Origin: Rhizophagus irregularis
Taxonomy: Eukaryota
Reading direction: 5' to 3'
Length of the DNA: 64,000 nt
Assembly (NCBI RefSeq): GCF_026210795.1
Contig: NC_089434.1
Coordinates: forward strand, 372,001-436,000
The notes beneath the pieces are model-generated. The model ran no database searches. It saw nothing but the letters and a program-made list of their open reading frames with translations, and was not told where the DNA came from. Positions 38,601 through 53,175 of this stretch are shown here, piece by piece. The position numbers were made by a program, and so were the translations under genes. Each line of letters starts with the position of its first letter. Position 1 is the stretch's first letter.

Positions 38601-40799
38601 CTTTTCCTAGAATATATTACTAATTTTTATATTTTACTGCATGCTAAATTATAAGTAATGTTTTTTTTAAAAAAATAATATAAAAAAGCGTTATACAAAA
38701 ACTAATTTCTTTTTTCTTTCCAATGTGTCTTTATTTTTCATAATTATTATCTTACTCATGCCTCCTTTTATTATTATTGTTAACTTTCTTTTGTCTGATG
38801 ATTTTTCGTTTCGAGATCTACTACTTTTATTTACTTTTCACGACATAACTCTTTTAACGGACCGTTTGAACTAAATTTTGTTCCAGTATCATGAAGCTAT
38901 TCAATAAGAAATGTTTGTTGATTGCCTTTTCTCATTTTATTTAAAAAAATCACTCCCACATATGTACGTTGAGGATATATGTAATATAATGTTTTATTAA
39001 AATAAATGTTGTCGTTTCTCGGCTTCTATCTCAGATTGTTTATAATTCTTCCTCTTATTAACAAAGTTAAAATATCAAAAAGGAAAAAAGGAATATAGTG
39101 AATTCAGAATTCTAAAATTTTTATACGGGTAGCTTATTTGTTATTTTTAATAAAAAATATAAATACTCTTTCGAAAGTTTACTACTAGTTTACTATTTAC
39201 AAGAAATTGGTCACGTTTTCCGAGGTATAATAAATATACAAATATGAAAACAGACAATTATTTTTCTAAACAGGAATACGTAGTATTGTCCTGAAAATCA
39301 TTATACATGCTTTTCGGCAAAATTACCGAATAGAGGCATATAAATATATATATATATCAAAATATCCGGATGTTTGATCTACCATATTTTGACTATCTAT
39401 AATTAAACCCCTTTTTATGCCGGCTCAGAGTCCTCATAATAACCGAAATTTTTGTTAGTTAAACTATTTCAATTTAACGCATTCTAAATAAAAGTATTAA
39501 AAATACATATTATTCAATATTAATATTTATTTTTATATAAGTGTGGTAAATGGGTTCAAGAATTCACAATTTTTTAAAAAATGATCACTATTTTGCTGCG
39601 GTGGATCAAATTGGATTGTCCAATTTTCTGCCAATCAAGATTCGGTCCGAAATTTAATCGACAATTCCGAATAATTGACTAAATGTTATTAGTTATGAGG
39701 TTAAAATATTTTGTATTGAGTATTTATAGTAGTGATATATAAATATATCTTCTCAGGAAAGATATTTGTGATCACGTGCATCCAATCATTTTTCTTATAA
39801 ATGTGTAACCTGAGAATTTTGCCCTATAAAAAATTTTATCCGTTATTTCTGTAAAAACTCCGTAAAAATGAGCCTTTCACGAATCCATTCACGGAAAATG
39901 TAAATATTAAATTCGATAAATTCAGTGATATAAGGTTCTAAATTCCGGAAATATGAGCCTTTTATGAAAAAAAGATGGAATATAAAAAACGGATCGACTT
40001 TTTTTACGGGAATTGTATATTTCCACCTCTAAAAAAATTAACTAATATATGTCATTGACCTTATTGGCTTATTGAATCGAGTTAATGTTGTATAATTATA
40101 CTTTTATAGTAATATCCTATATGAAATAATTTTGTTGAAAACTTTAGGACTTGGTGATGCCAACTTAACTGATTGGTTTTAACAGAATTATGATAAAGCA
40201 AAAAAATCAACGTTGTTGAAATAGTTTTATCACTAAGATCTGAGTAATGAATCTAATGTAACTGTAAATGGTAAATCTGAATATAAATGTAAACAGATAT
40301 AATGATAAAATTACTTGCATATTTTTTTAATGAATACTTAACTCCTTTGCAAGGGCAAAAATTTAACTTTATGCTAAATTTACAATTTGTCGTTATTTGA
40401 AAGAAATTTTGGCCTGCACTAAATTTACATACGTATAGTTTTGCCCGATATTTGTTTTTCTTTTAAGATACGTATGACTTCGGGTGGAAATGCTCCTATT
40501 TATATAAATTATGTATCACGTATATCACGTGACATTAATAATGTAATCATACTTCTCGATAAGATACTTTTTTAAACTTTTAATCTTCAACGAAATCTTT
40601 TCCCTTCTCTTTATTCATTCTTTCACTTCTCGCTTTTCACTTCTACTCAGTTTTCCCTTCCACTCTTCTTTCTCTTCTCCTTCTTCTTGTCCTTTTATAT
40701 ACATATATATATATATTTCCTTTCCCTTTATCTATCCTTCTCTTATGCTTTTTGTGTCAACAAAATATCATTTCAAATCATTAATTGTTAATGATTCTT

Positions 40800-42200
40800 T
40801 TATTTCTTTTTGGGCAGCATTTCAATAATTTAAATAAGTGTATTTTTCCGTTTAACAAATTTCTATTAATGTTTTCGTTTTATTCCTCTTTTTTTTTTAG
40901 ATGATTTTTTTTAGATAACTTATTGGGTATCAGAAGTATACGGTGAAGGCCCTATACTACATGATTTTGATAAGAAGGGTGGTTTGAATTATTTACTCAA
41001 CGAAACATTTATTAATGTTTCGGGTTATCTCTTTTTTTAGGCGATTTTTCTTTAGGTCATAACGTGAGACAATTAATTTTTTTAATTTTTTTTTTACTCC
41101 AGGCAATTTTTTTCAAAACTAATATTGAGAAACCGGCTCAGAACTTTAAAACATGTATCCCTTTTTCGAAAATTTTTAAAAAAAATATTTTTTATGGACC
41201 AGCTCAAAATTGGATTTTGAAGCTTAGAAACTATCAGGTCTTTGAACGCCAGATTTTGGTAAATTATTTTATTTCTTTTTAACGAAATGGCTTCTAACGC
41301 TTCATTTTTATCTTTTTTTTAGATAGCTTATTTTTGGTCTGAAGTCTGAACGGGGATCTCGGTAAAGAATCAACTTTTATTTAATTTTTTTTTATTTTTT
41401 TTTAACAAAACATTGCTAACGTTTTGTCTTCTAGATGAAATCATGCGTAATAAAGAAGATAAATTACTCCAAGAATATCACGAAGCCTAAAAAACTAACT
41501 GATTGAAAATGTCAAAAACAGTGTAGGATTTTTGTGGGTCAGTCACATTTTTTTTAATTTGTTTCTTCAACAAATTCTTCGTCTAGACGTATGAGATCTC
41601 TACACAAATGGTCAAAACAATTCAGGTGTGACATGTTGCATTGTTGCTATTTGCATAGTTTTTTAAATTTATTCTTTTTTTTTTAATTGAAATGATTGCT
41701 AACGCTAATGGTTTGTTTCTTTTTTTTAGATGGCTGGAGAACTTATGGGATTTCTGATGGGGAATGCCAGAAGTCATTTTGAACACGGATTTTGGCAAGT
41801 AAAAAATAAGGTTTTTCTTTCTTTATTTTTTTAACGAACTTTATTAACAATTTGTTTTTCTCTCTTTTTAGGTGGTGGCTTTTTGTGTGTGAAATAATAT
41901 CTTTATGAAAAGGGATTTCTTTTAATAATTTTTCTTTTACGAAATAGTTGACAATGGTTTGATTTTTTCTTTTTAGACAGTTACTAATGATATTGGTCAA
42001 ATCTATCTATATTAGAGTTTTTCTGGATGGAATCAGGTATCCTTAAAAACGTTGAATTCAAAGTACATGTATCTTGGTGAAGTATTGACCTTTTTTTAAT
42101 TATTTTTTAATGTTGTTAACAAACGTTTGTTAACATTCCGTGCTTTTTTTAGGTGACTCTTTCGGATCTTTTTTGAATTTGGACTTGTATAACCAAGTTA
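40800..42200 (+). repeat. Second array of intron-like units with short non-coding exon-like segments
   Basis: Repeated TTAACGAAA...CTAAC/TTAAC...T-tract-TAG units, many preceded by GTAA donors. Confidence 0.5.
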
Positions 42201-42472
42201 TATCACTGTCTATGGTGCAGTAACTTGTAATCATAAACAAAATTTAATGTACTTTTATTTAGATATGTTTGTCCTTTCATGAAAAACATAATCAATGCAT
42301 GTTTTGAAATACCATTACTAGGTTACAAATGAAAGACTAGCAAAAAGTCTTCTATTAGTTTAATGAATGTAATTAATGGAATATTGAGGGTAGTCACAAT
42401 TTAGATATAATTTATTTCCTAAAACTTCAAAAACTTCACAATTTCAAAATGAACAATTTACTAAATATTTAA

Positions 42473-42959
42473 TTCGTGATCCGCCAGTGAACCATAAAAC
42501 TTGGCTATTAAATTCCGGTGAAAGTTATATATATATTTACTAATAGCGCGGAATCTACAGTTCCGGCAATGCAAGGTACATATTACTAAAATATAATATG
42601 AAAACTAATATTATAGCCATAAAAATATGCCATTTGGCTGTCTTAATAATAAAAGACCGGTAAAAATTTTAAGCACCAAAAGACACTTTCATAAGAGCTG
42701 AAAATTTGTTCAGTATTTTAAAGATTTTAAAGATAACTCATCATCTAGTGATCGTATGAAAATAAAATTTAGTTCATCGGATTCGTCTCATCGAGACGCA
42801 TTTAATAGTAATAATTTTATGTCTCTATGACCAATAGAAGGCAAGTTACCCCATATTTTTTCTCCGGAATCGCAGATTCTAAATTATTGTTAAAAATATG
42901 TATGAACTTATCACCGCCTTTTAATAGTCAAATTTTATGGTTCACTGGCGGATCACGAA
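42473..42959. mobile_element. TTAA-flanked MITE with ~40-bp TIR
   Basis: TTAA|TTCGTGATCCGCCAGTGAACCATAAAA... and its reverse complement followed by TTAA. Confidence 0.85.
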
Positions 42960-43714
42960 TTAAATATTTTATTATTTATTTATGAATTCGAAAACACAAT
43001 TTTACGATTTATTTGCAAATTCGATAAGATTTCAATAATGCATTTTTACAATTTCGATCAAATCAGCTGACGATCGCTTTAATGTGCAGTAACTTCTTAC
43101 AAGCGACTTCGATGCTAAATTATAACTTTCATGAGACTAAATCGCAAGTAAATCTTATTAAAAATTTCACGATAAATTTTCGATATGATCAATATTTGAT
43201 TTCAATTTTAAAAGTTTCTGTAAAGAAATGTTATTTAATAAAATACTATGCACACGAATATTGCGAAAAATCAAATAAAAGTATTATATTAAAAAACAAC
43301 TAGCAATAAATTATATAAAATAATAAGAATAATCATAAGAAATATTTAAATTAAATATTTCTTGTCATTTTTTAATTAAAAACTATAAGCGTTTTAAGAT
43401 GAATGTTCTTATGCTTTGAATAAAATTATTAATTTATTAATTTATTTGAGTACGAAAATTTTTTAATACTAGTACTCATAAAATAAAATTTAATTTGCTG
43501 TGTCACATTACAAACCAATTAAATTTAAGAAGGTTTGACTCGGGTCTTAGGTTAAGGACGCTCTTACTAAATTCGTTTGTACTTATAGTTACATGATAGT
43601 CACACAACATTTGGTAATACATAAAACGGATGAAAAACTCCGCTTCTAGAATTTTTTTAAGCTACAAAATCTTTTTTTTTTTATAGTTTAAACATTTTAT
43701 AAGAAAATTACATT

Positions 43715-46054
43715 ATGTCTTATATTCGAAGAGAATTAGTTGCTGCTTCAATTAATAGAGCAAATGTATCAATAGATTATAATATTTATGATAATATACA
43801 TAAAATACATGAATTTAAAAAACAAACTATACTTGCTGATAATTTTCTTACAAATGATGAAAAAACTTATGCAATAAAAGATTTGAATAAGACATATGAC
43901 AAGAATAAAATTAATTATAATTCGGGAACAAGAAGAATTTGTGAAACTTGTAACCAAGAATGCTTAGCTACATTATATTGTGAATATTGTGTTCAAAATT
44001 ATTTAAAAGCAAACTTTTCAAATTGGACATCTGGAAATAATGATATTGATAATTTAATACAAAAATGTCAAATCGAAGCACTTCATCCACAGATGATAAT
44101 TGAATGGATTCCATATAATAATTTACAAAATATTAAATATTTAACAAAAGGTGGATTTTCTGAAATTTATACAACAGTTTGGATTGATGGAGGTTATACA
44201 GAATGGGATTCCAAAGAACAAAAATTAATAAGATTTGGAAGACAAAAAGTAATACTTAAAGGTTTAGAAAATGTTGAAAATGCAAATCAAAGATGGTTTG
44301 AAGAGGTTTGTAATTTAATGATATTTTATTATTACTTTCAATTTAGTAAATATATAATAAAATTTTATTATAAACATATATAGGCTGAATCACACTTAAA
44401 AATAAGCAATAAATCTCCAGTAATTGTTCAATGTTATGGTTTAACACAAAATCCATCAAATGGAAATTATATGCTTGTAATAGAGAAAGCAGATATAGAT
44501 TTAAGAAAATATCTACAACAAACTCAAAATCAACTTACATGGAAAGAAAGAATAAAAGTTGCTTATGATATAATTGTTGCACTAAGTGTTATTCATAGGG
44601 AGAATGCAATTCATAGAGATTTGCATTCTGGAAATATATTGTATTCGGAACTATATCAACAATGGTTTATTAGTGATCTTGGATTTTGTGGACCTGCTGA
44701 TAAATCATCAGAAAGTATATATGGTAATCTTCCTTACATAGCACCAGAAGTTATTTCTGGAAAGAAAACTACAATAAAATCTGATATTTATAGTATTGGA
44801 ATGTTAATGTGGGAAATTTCATCTGGACAACCCCCTTTTAGTTATTATGAAAATTATTATAATCTTGCATTGAATATAATTAATGGAATGAGACCAAAAG
44901 TAATATCAGGAACTCCTTTAAAATATGAAAATTTAATGAAACAATGTTGGGATGCTGATCCATTAAAAAGACCTGAAATTGGTACACTTTTTGATGGAAT
45001 TTATGAAATTCTACAATTTTATCAAAATATATCAAATGAAATACTTCAACAAGAAACAAATAAGAATTTAGAAAGAAACAAACTAATAAACAACTCAATG
45101 TCAAAACATGTAAGTAGCAAATTATTTACAAGTAACATTCATCAATTTAAAAATTTACCGGAACCAAGAAATGCAACAGAAGGTATATTTTAGTATTTAT
45201 TATATTTATTAACAATTAATAGTTGTTTTTAAAAATATTAATATTGTTTTTAATTTAAATAATAATAGAAGAACAAGAAGGTAAAAATAATGGATATGTA
45301 TTAGAAATATGTGAAATATTTGATTATTTTTTCTAACTTTAAAAAAAAAATATTTTATAGCATTTCATAGTAAATCATATGATTGCTTTAATATTCCTGA
45401 TAATAGTAAGTAATTAAATATATTGATATATACAATGCAAATTATTAATTATTTTTTATTATTACTAGTTGAAGATTTTAACAATTCAAGTAATCAAAAT
45501 TATGCTGGTGCTTCCAATTTAAAAGGTAATTAATTTTTAATAATATGAATACATAGTAGCCATTTGATTTTAATTTGTAATAATTATAATTATTGATGTC
45601 CTTAAATAATTTTAGATGATAGTGAAGAATTATCTAAATCATTTAATGAATTACAAATAAATTCAAATGAAGGTAAATAATCATTCTATTTTGATTATAA
45701 ATTTATATCTTGAAATTTAATATATTTTACATTTATTTAGACAATCAAATTAATTATGGAAAAGAAATTGTTGAACAACAACAAATAAAGCAATATAATC
45801 TCAACATTGATGGTACGTAAAATTGCAACAATAACTAATTATATAATATTCATTTTATATATCTTTTTTTTTATAGATGATGATGAAACTTATGATGATA
45901 AAAATTTTCATTCAGAAGAAGAAGATGTGTTCGAAATTCCGGATGGCAAGTATTTCATATTACCATTATATTCTTTATATTTTTGCAAGAAAAATAACTA
46001 TATTTATTTTGTTTTTTATTTATTAATTGATTAATTAATTTAGATGGATTTTAA
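43715..46054 (+). CDS. TKL-family protein kinase, 9 exons
   Basis: Exons 43715-44305, 44384-45182, 45269-45280, 45361-45405, 45469-45525, 45616-45672, 45741-45812, 45877-45945, 46044-46054; HRDLHSGN, SDLG, APE; last intron GC-AG. Confidence 0.88.
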
Positions 46055-47100
46055 ATTATTTAATTTCCGACGGATTATATTTTTTTTTATTTAGAATTAT
46101 TTAAACACTAAGTATAGAGTAGGTAAATTTTTTACAAGGTTCTTAGTTTGTAATTTAAATAATTCACTATTTTATTATTATTGTTATATAACTTCGTTAT
46201 TCATTAAATAAATAGTTTAACTTTTTCGATAACATAAAATTTTTAATTTACTGCAAATAAAATTATTTTGTATATGGGAGTGGGAAGTTTAATACTAATT
46301 TAATGAGTTTATAATAAATAGGTCGTAACGATAGGGCCAGTTAATGAATAAAATTTTTATATTTGAACAAAGTGGATATGATTTGTTCGTTAAATTGTGT
46401 TTCAATAATATAAAGTAAAATGGAAGTACAAAAATATTTCAGCTTTCTATCAATTTATCACGTGAATTTTTAGCTTAATGATCGATCAAATTAATGACCA
46501 TCATAATGCCGGCTGAAATTACATTCAATCACGTGATATTGTCGTTAACGATCATGGATATTGATATAAATGCAGTATTTGATTAATATATAATTTAATG
46601 ATTATTACAAAATATTATTATTAACAAATTAAATGTGTGGAATGTATGGATAATTTAATAACAATGTTAAAATTTGAGTTACAATTTATTTCATCATTGA
46701 TTGCAACGTAATATTTATTTTATTCCCATTTATTAATATTTGGATAAGTAACATTAGTTATTATTGTTCATTTATTAGGAATATGCGGGATTTTGCTGAC
46801 CGATATTTTTATGAGACATTCAATATCAGTATTAGTAGCATTAATTCCTATTGGTCACCGCAGTATTCCCAATAAATAACTCAGTTATTGGGATGTCGGC
46901 CTTCGACCGATATCTCTATTCCCCCGTCCAATAACTATTTATTATGGATTTTTATATTCGTCCATTAAATGTGTACACAATTATTACCATATAAATTACA
47001 AGGCTAAAACATTAAACTCTAGACTCTTCTATTTAGATGAGAATGGTTACTAACTAATTATTCAGATACGCCATAATACTCAGAAATTCATATTTGAGCT

Positions 47101-47927
47101 TGCGTATAAATAATTTCTTTTGTGATAATTCCTACCGAGATTTTAGATACTGACGATATTGGCTGACATTTGGCCGCGGCCAAGAATTTTTTTGGCCAGT
47201 TTTGCCGGCCAAAATGGCCAAACGGCCAATGGCTAAAGCCAAATTTTGGCCAAATAACTTTTTTTGGTCAGTTTGGCCGGCCAAACTGGCAAGCCGGTAC
47301 ATTTGATATAGGTTGTATAGGTTTTCATAATTTAAATATATTACTTATACATAAAGGTTACTCAAAAAAAATTACTCATGCAAATAATTATTCATTATGA
47401 CTTACAGTATATGACGTAACACACAATCCTAATGTTCATTTATATAACATAAATGATATAAAATAGGCCTTCTCTTCTCTTTTCTTTAAAAATGATAAAC
47501 ATGGTTGAATAATTCTTCGATAAGTAACTCATCAGATAAAACTAATATCTTCACCTAATTAGGTCTTTTTATTAGGTCTTCTCTTCGATTAGAAAGTATG
47601 TAGGTTGGAAGTGTGGGGACTGTGGGTTGTGTATGGGTGGCGTTTTCTCTCTTTCCCTCGCTCTTTCCACTTTCCCTTCCTTTCCCTTTCACTTATTCCC
47701 TCGCTCTTTCCCTTCCCTTCTTTTCCTTTTCCCTTATTCCCTCGCTCTTTCCCCTTTCCCTCCCTTTCTTCCCCTTCCCCTTCCCCTTTCTCATTCTTCC
47801 TCTTTCCCTTTCCCTATTCCCTTGCTCTTTCTCTCTCTCCTCTCTCGTTTTTCCTTCCCTTTATGTATATATATTCCAGCCCTGATCAATGTTGCTGCAC
47901 CTCAACGTTGGTGATTAAGTGATAACA
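47101..47927. mobile_element. Possible solo LTR containing a pyrimidine tract and a nested GGCC-rich palindromic element (47160-47300)
   Basis: AGCT|TG ... CA|AGCT; TTCCC-rich tract 47640-47860. Confidence 0.3.
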
Positions 47928-49481
47928 AGCTTTTTAAAAGACTTGGATAAGTCAGTAACAAATATTAACGATTTGTTCACTTTTATTAAACATAGCTAAA
48001 TTAAAATAGAACTTATATACTATATTTTTAATTTTCGCAAATACATGTTTCAAAGATCATTAATTAGTAGAACTAAAATTTATTGATTAAATTCAAATGA
48101 GACAAATGCATATTGTATACGAAAGTTAATTTTAACTTTAATTAAATATAGGTCATTTAAACTTTATTATAGCTTTTAATAATTGTAACAACAAGCTAAA
48201 ATTAAATAATAAATTTTAACTTTTGATTTCAGTTATTAAGTCGGCACTAAAAGGGCTCCTAGTAAAATGCTTTCAAACTTTATAATTGTAATATTACTCC
48301 AAGACTTCAATGTAGTTTGTAGGAATTAATTCGATTTTGTCAGGACAAGATTTTTTACGTGTTTATTATATATATATACATTAAAACTACAAATTAGGTT
48401 ATAGGTATAATTTTATTTATTCATAATTGAAAATTTTATTCAAATGATTAAGTTTAAAAACTTTTAAATTATTTGAATAAAAAAATGGATATTTAGGAAT
48501 TAAATTAGTAGTTATTAAATCATAAATCACATTCACGTTCAATCGGAATTACGTAACTAGTGACTAGTCGATAATCGAACCGAGTGTTAATATTTGTTTA
48601 AATTTTAAAATATGTTTTCATAAATTATTCTGTATATATTTTACTATTAAAATGAAATAAATATGAATGATATTATTTCTTAATGCGATCCCCTTATTGA
48701 ATTCTTTGTATTTTTTCTTTTCTTGAAATCTTTTAAAGTTTACATGATGACAAGAAATTTTTTCATTATTGCTAATACGGACATTTTACTTTTTAAACGA
48801 AAAAAAATTAATTTTATTTAAAAAGCAATTAAAGAATGTACTTGCAAATTTTGCAATTATCAAAGCAATGTAAAAAAATTTTGATTCAATCTATTTCGTG
48901 AATTGATCTAAAAAACAAAAATATTAGTTATATTTTCATATTACTAATCGTTAATTCTTGTCAAAATATTAGACTTAATTTTTTAAATAACGCATGACGA
49001 CTGGTTACATAACGTTTAAGCAAGTCCCTTTTGTTCGTCTAAAAATAATATCGTTAAATGTTTCTGACAATTTTATAATCTTTATTAATTTCAAAAGAAT
49101 TCAGCAGTTTTTAATTAGTACTGTATTTATTATTTTTTTTTTTTATCATATATCAGCGAGAGAAAGTAAACACAAATTATACATCTTTTATATCGTAATT
49201 GTGATTGTGATTTCGATTTATTTTTTATTTTATAATCATAAAAAACTTATAAAATCTTAAAAAAAAATACATAATAAAATCATAGAGAAGAGGGAGATAA
49301 AAAAGTAAAATAGAACGCGATCGGGATAAACGAAGAAAGTGAACCGAAAAAAAATTTTAATATATATATACTCTGTACAAACGAAAATTAAAAAAACGCG
49401 AACGGGAATAAACGAAAAGAGATGCGAAGGACGAAAAAAATAAAAGTTTGATATATATATACTCTGTAATAAATGATAATT

Positions 49482-49856
49482 TTAATTATCATTATCATTT
49501 ATGTATTTTTCAAAATCAAAAAATTCTTCCAATGAGGAGAAAGGATTAGAAGTCTCGGTACTTTTGACGTAATGAGGTTTAGTACTTTTTTCATCAAAGA
49601 TGAAAATCGGGGGTTTACGATTCTCGGCACTTTCGGTGGGTATCGAGACTACTGGTGGGGTTACTTTCAAAATATGTTCATCGTGAGCATATTTTATAAA
49701 ATCATTCTTCACCTCGTTAGGTAAAGATTTCCATATCTTACTCGCATTTTTCATACGTTCTTGCGAATTTTGGTTTTTATATTTGCGAGTATAAAATTTT
49801 ACGAATATTGAGAACCCATTCGCGGGTCTTGAACGATTATTACGACGAATTTTCAT
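49482..49856 (-). CDS. HMG-box protein (MATA-HMG-like family)
   Basis: RPANGFSIFVK...ASKIWKSLPNEVKNDFIKYA is an HMG-box signature. Confidence 0.85.
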   Translation of the reverse strand: MKIRRNNRSRPANGFSIFVKFYTRKYKNQNSQERMKNASKIWKSLPNEVKNDFIKYAHDEHILKVTPPVVSIPTESAENRKPPIFIFDEKSTKPHYVKSTETSNPFSSLEEFFDFEKYINDNDN

Positions 49857-52334
49857 AATTGTGAGCCGGCTAAAGAAAAATGATGAGCTAAAAATCTTTG
49901 CTGTTTTATATCATTTATTTTCATTGCTGACTTTTATAAAAAAAAAAAATGTCTTAAAAATTTGAAGCATTGAAAGAAAACTCCATAGAAAAACAAATTC
50001 ATTAGTATATTGCGTCAATAAGCATTAAAAATTTCATTATATTTCATTATTTTCGAGATGATGCAATTAATTTGATTACAAAAGAAAATAGATCATTAAA
50101 GAAATTAAATTTACTAAAGAAACTTTTGTCAAAAGTTCGCGATAAGCAAAAACGCGACAAGGGCGCATTTCATGATCGAAATAACAAGGGTATATGGAAA
50201 AAATAAAACTTCGCCAAATGAGAATAATATGTGAAATGTAGTATGATTAATCGGGGATGATTCGATTTTTAAAAAAGAAAAAAAAAAAGATTTTTGATCA
50301 ATCTTTTTTACATTTCGATCTAATTTTAGAAGATATAGACTATATTTGTTAATTAGAAGTATTAATTTATAACAATGAAAAAATTTGATGTATTATACAA
50401 AAGGTTTTATTTAGAAATTATTTATTTTTTCTTTTCATATTTTTTTAAAGGAATATAGAAATTAATGACTTACACGTTAACGTGTGTAAAAAAATTTGCT
50501 AAAATTAGCAGCACAAGTATTGGATTGTGATTGGCTAACATAATAGATCTGCATAAGTAATAGTCAGCTGATTTTCCTTTTTTGTAATTTTTAAATTATG
50601 GCACTTTTATTAAAGCAGTAGTAATGAAATTATATGATTAAGGTGGCTAATTTTATAATTTTATTAAAAGTGTTAGTGGAATCTGACGATTATTCCAGGA
50701 AAGGAAATACATTTCTTTTTAAATATTTATATTCTTTCCTTCCGTTTAAGGAATAGATATAGATTGATAATCAAACTTGTAGATTGACGTAAATCTTTGT
50801 CATAATGATTATGTACAGTATGCATCAAAAAAAAATGCTTTTATTGCTTTTATTACTTTTATTGCAATAACAAAGATCAAAAGAAAATTATTCCAAAAAT
50901 ATTTAAAATAATAATATACTAAACTATTAGTACTCGCAATACGTCACAAAAATCTCTAGTCAATTTATAGTAAAAGACGTTAAACATTCATTTAATATTT
51001 GTTAAGAAGGCCCAAGGATGCATTAAAACTCAAATTATTAATAATTTTTTCTAAATCTATCATATCATTTTCATGGGGTTTTTACAGAAATTACGGATAA
51101 AAATTTTTAACAATGTATTACGATCAAATATCTAACGCTAACGGGAGTCTTTGGTACCAATTATTTACAAGATTATTGGATTAAGTTCAATGAGGTGAGC
51201 TTTCTATTCTTTTATTTTGTCAAAGTTAATGTTTTTTAAATGAAATAGCTAGCGAATTGCGATTTTTTAAAAATAGCTGTAAACGGGAAAAAATAGGAAC
51301 GACTTTTTAAAACCATAAAATTTGTAGTTATTTCGCGGGAAGCCGTGGCATTGATCATCCCGGCTCCACTTGACTACGAGAGGTGGATATAACTACCATG
51401 GAGAAAAAACGTCTTGCGTACAATTTTTAACTACTGACCTTTTAACTTATACTTTTAACTAAACATCATCCATAAAAATATTAAGGATTACTATTAGGAA
51501 ACATGGTATAACGTTTGGTTATATTATGATGAACCAAACGTAACCATTGTTATACAGTTAGTCCTAGTTATCAATTTTTATTACTTTAATGATATAATAC
51601 ATTATTAATGTGAAGTAGTAATTATGAAAGACCAGTTAAACAAATAACGATCATATGATATCAAAGCTGCACAAATTTCGGAGTCACTTATTTTTTGTTA
51701 GATCAAAGTCATCCATTAAGAATTTTCCAACGTTTAAGTCAGTATCACCTAAAAATATTATTACAATAACGTAGAAAAACTGCATGGAATAAATTAAATA
51801 CCTTTAATTTTACAATTATTAAATACTGTATTTTAACGAAAATTCGCTGTTTGATATTTGAACGCGTTAATTACATTCAAAAAAATATATGAATGACAAA
51901 AAATCAACTTTTCTAAGTTATATTACTACGATATATCAGGCCAGTCTAGTTATATTACATGATTTATTTACTGCATACAATAAAAGAAAGTTATCGATGC
52001 AACAACTCGTTAAACAATATTAGTGAAAAACATTAATCTTTAGTACTACAACAAATATTAAAGAATGTATCAAACGGATACTTAACTTTCTCTAAATAAC
52101 GACAATATTAAAAGTTTACCCATCTACCCGTGCAAAAAAAAAATAAAAATAAAAATAAAATAACGAAACCCGTTATTGTCAGAATAATAATCCTAAACTA
52201 TATATCAGATTTTTGGAAGAATCCATATAATATTATATAATAAATTTATTAAAAAAAAATTGTCAGATAAAATTAAAACGATTAAAAAGTCATCGTTAAA
52301 TAATAAGAATTGTAAAAATTATTACCAAAAAATA

Positions 52335-53175
52335 CTAGCCAATAACCCTGCTGGCGTCGCTACTGGCGTTGCTCCGAGTTGGCGGGTTTAATATTTTTAA
52401 CTTTCTTATACAGAACGCTTTATTGAATTAAATTGCGTAATAATTTATTCAACAAAACAGTAGCAGATAACCTTTCGCTATACCATAGCCCTGTACCGGA
52501 TCGCATCCAATCAATTTTGGTGTTCACCTCAAATCGACACGTGACAGCTAATCATATTACTTTCTTTTCCGGTCCGAACGATCCGATCTAGAACTGAACA
52601 GGGCTCATACCCTATAAAAAAATTTTCTGGGAAAAATTCCGATAAATGATCATTTTTCTAATTGTATTCCAAGAAAACTCCGACATGTGATCTATTTTCT
52701 AAGAAAATTTTTTATAGGGATACCGAAGTGTAGGATTCTTATCTAATACATATAGAAATAAAACAACAATTGCATATGTCTTCCTTATACCCATCCATGA
52801 TCACCGATAATTTGGTCGACTAAACTTAAATCCTTTTGATAAAATAAACGAAACTGTACGACATAATCTCTAATTGATAATTATATGACCCTATATACTA
52901 CTAAATAATCTCTCATTGTTATTTTCAATTTCTGTCAACCCTAAATCCAAATTTTCATATTTTCTTTTAATTCTTTCAGTCCTTCATATTTGCCATGACT
53001 TTTTCAAAAATATCGTATTCCCTGCCGTTTATAAATCTATTCTATTTAATTCATCGTCTTTTACTGTCATAAATGAGAGTATGCGACTATTATTTACCTT
53101 CTTCCTTTATTTTATCTCTATACATTAATAATGTCAACGACCTTATCGGTTTAATATTGTTAATATAAAAGTAGA
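52335..53175 (-). mobile_element. Non-autonomous Helitron-like element
   Basis: Minus strand reads A|TCTAC at the 5' end (53175) and GC-rich hairpin + GGCTAG|T at the 3' end (52335); the ending resembles 14341-14377. Confidence 0.65.
52610..52719. mobile_element. Short CACTA/CMC-like MITE nested in the Helitron-like element
   Basis: TIR CCCTATAAAAAAATTTTCT; 3-bp TSD ATA; related single ends at ~39822 and ~55910. Confidence 0.7.

Noticed and set aside
46094..46165. SECIS element interpretation of the 3' hairpin
   Set aside because: Lacks the AUGA/GA core, and the adjacent kinase needs no UGA recoding
47605..47922. Three overlapping ORFs rich in F/P/S/L
   Set aside because: Produced by a stop-free polypyrimidine tract
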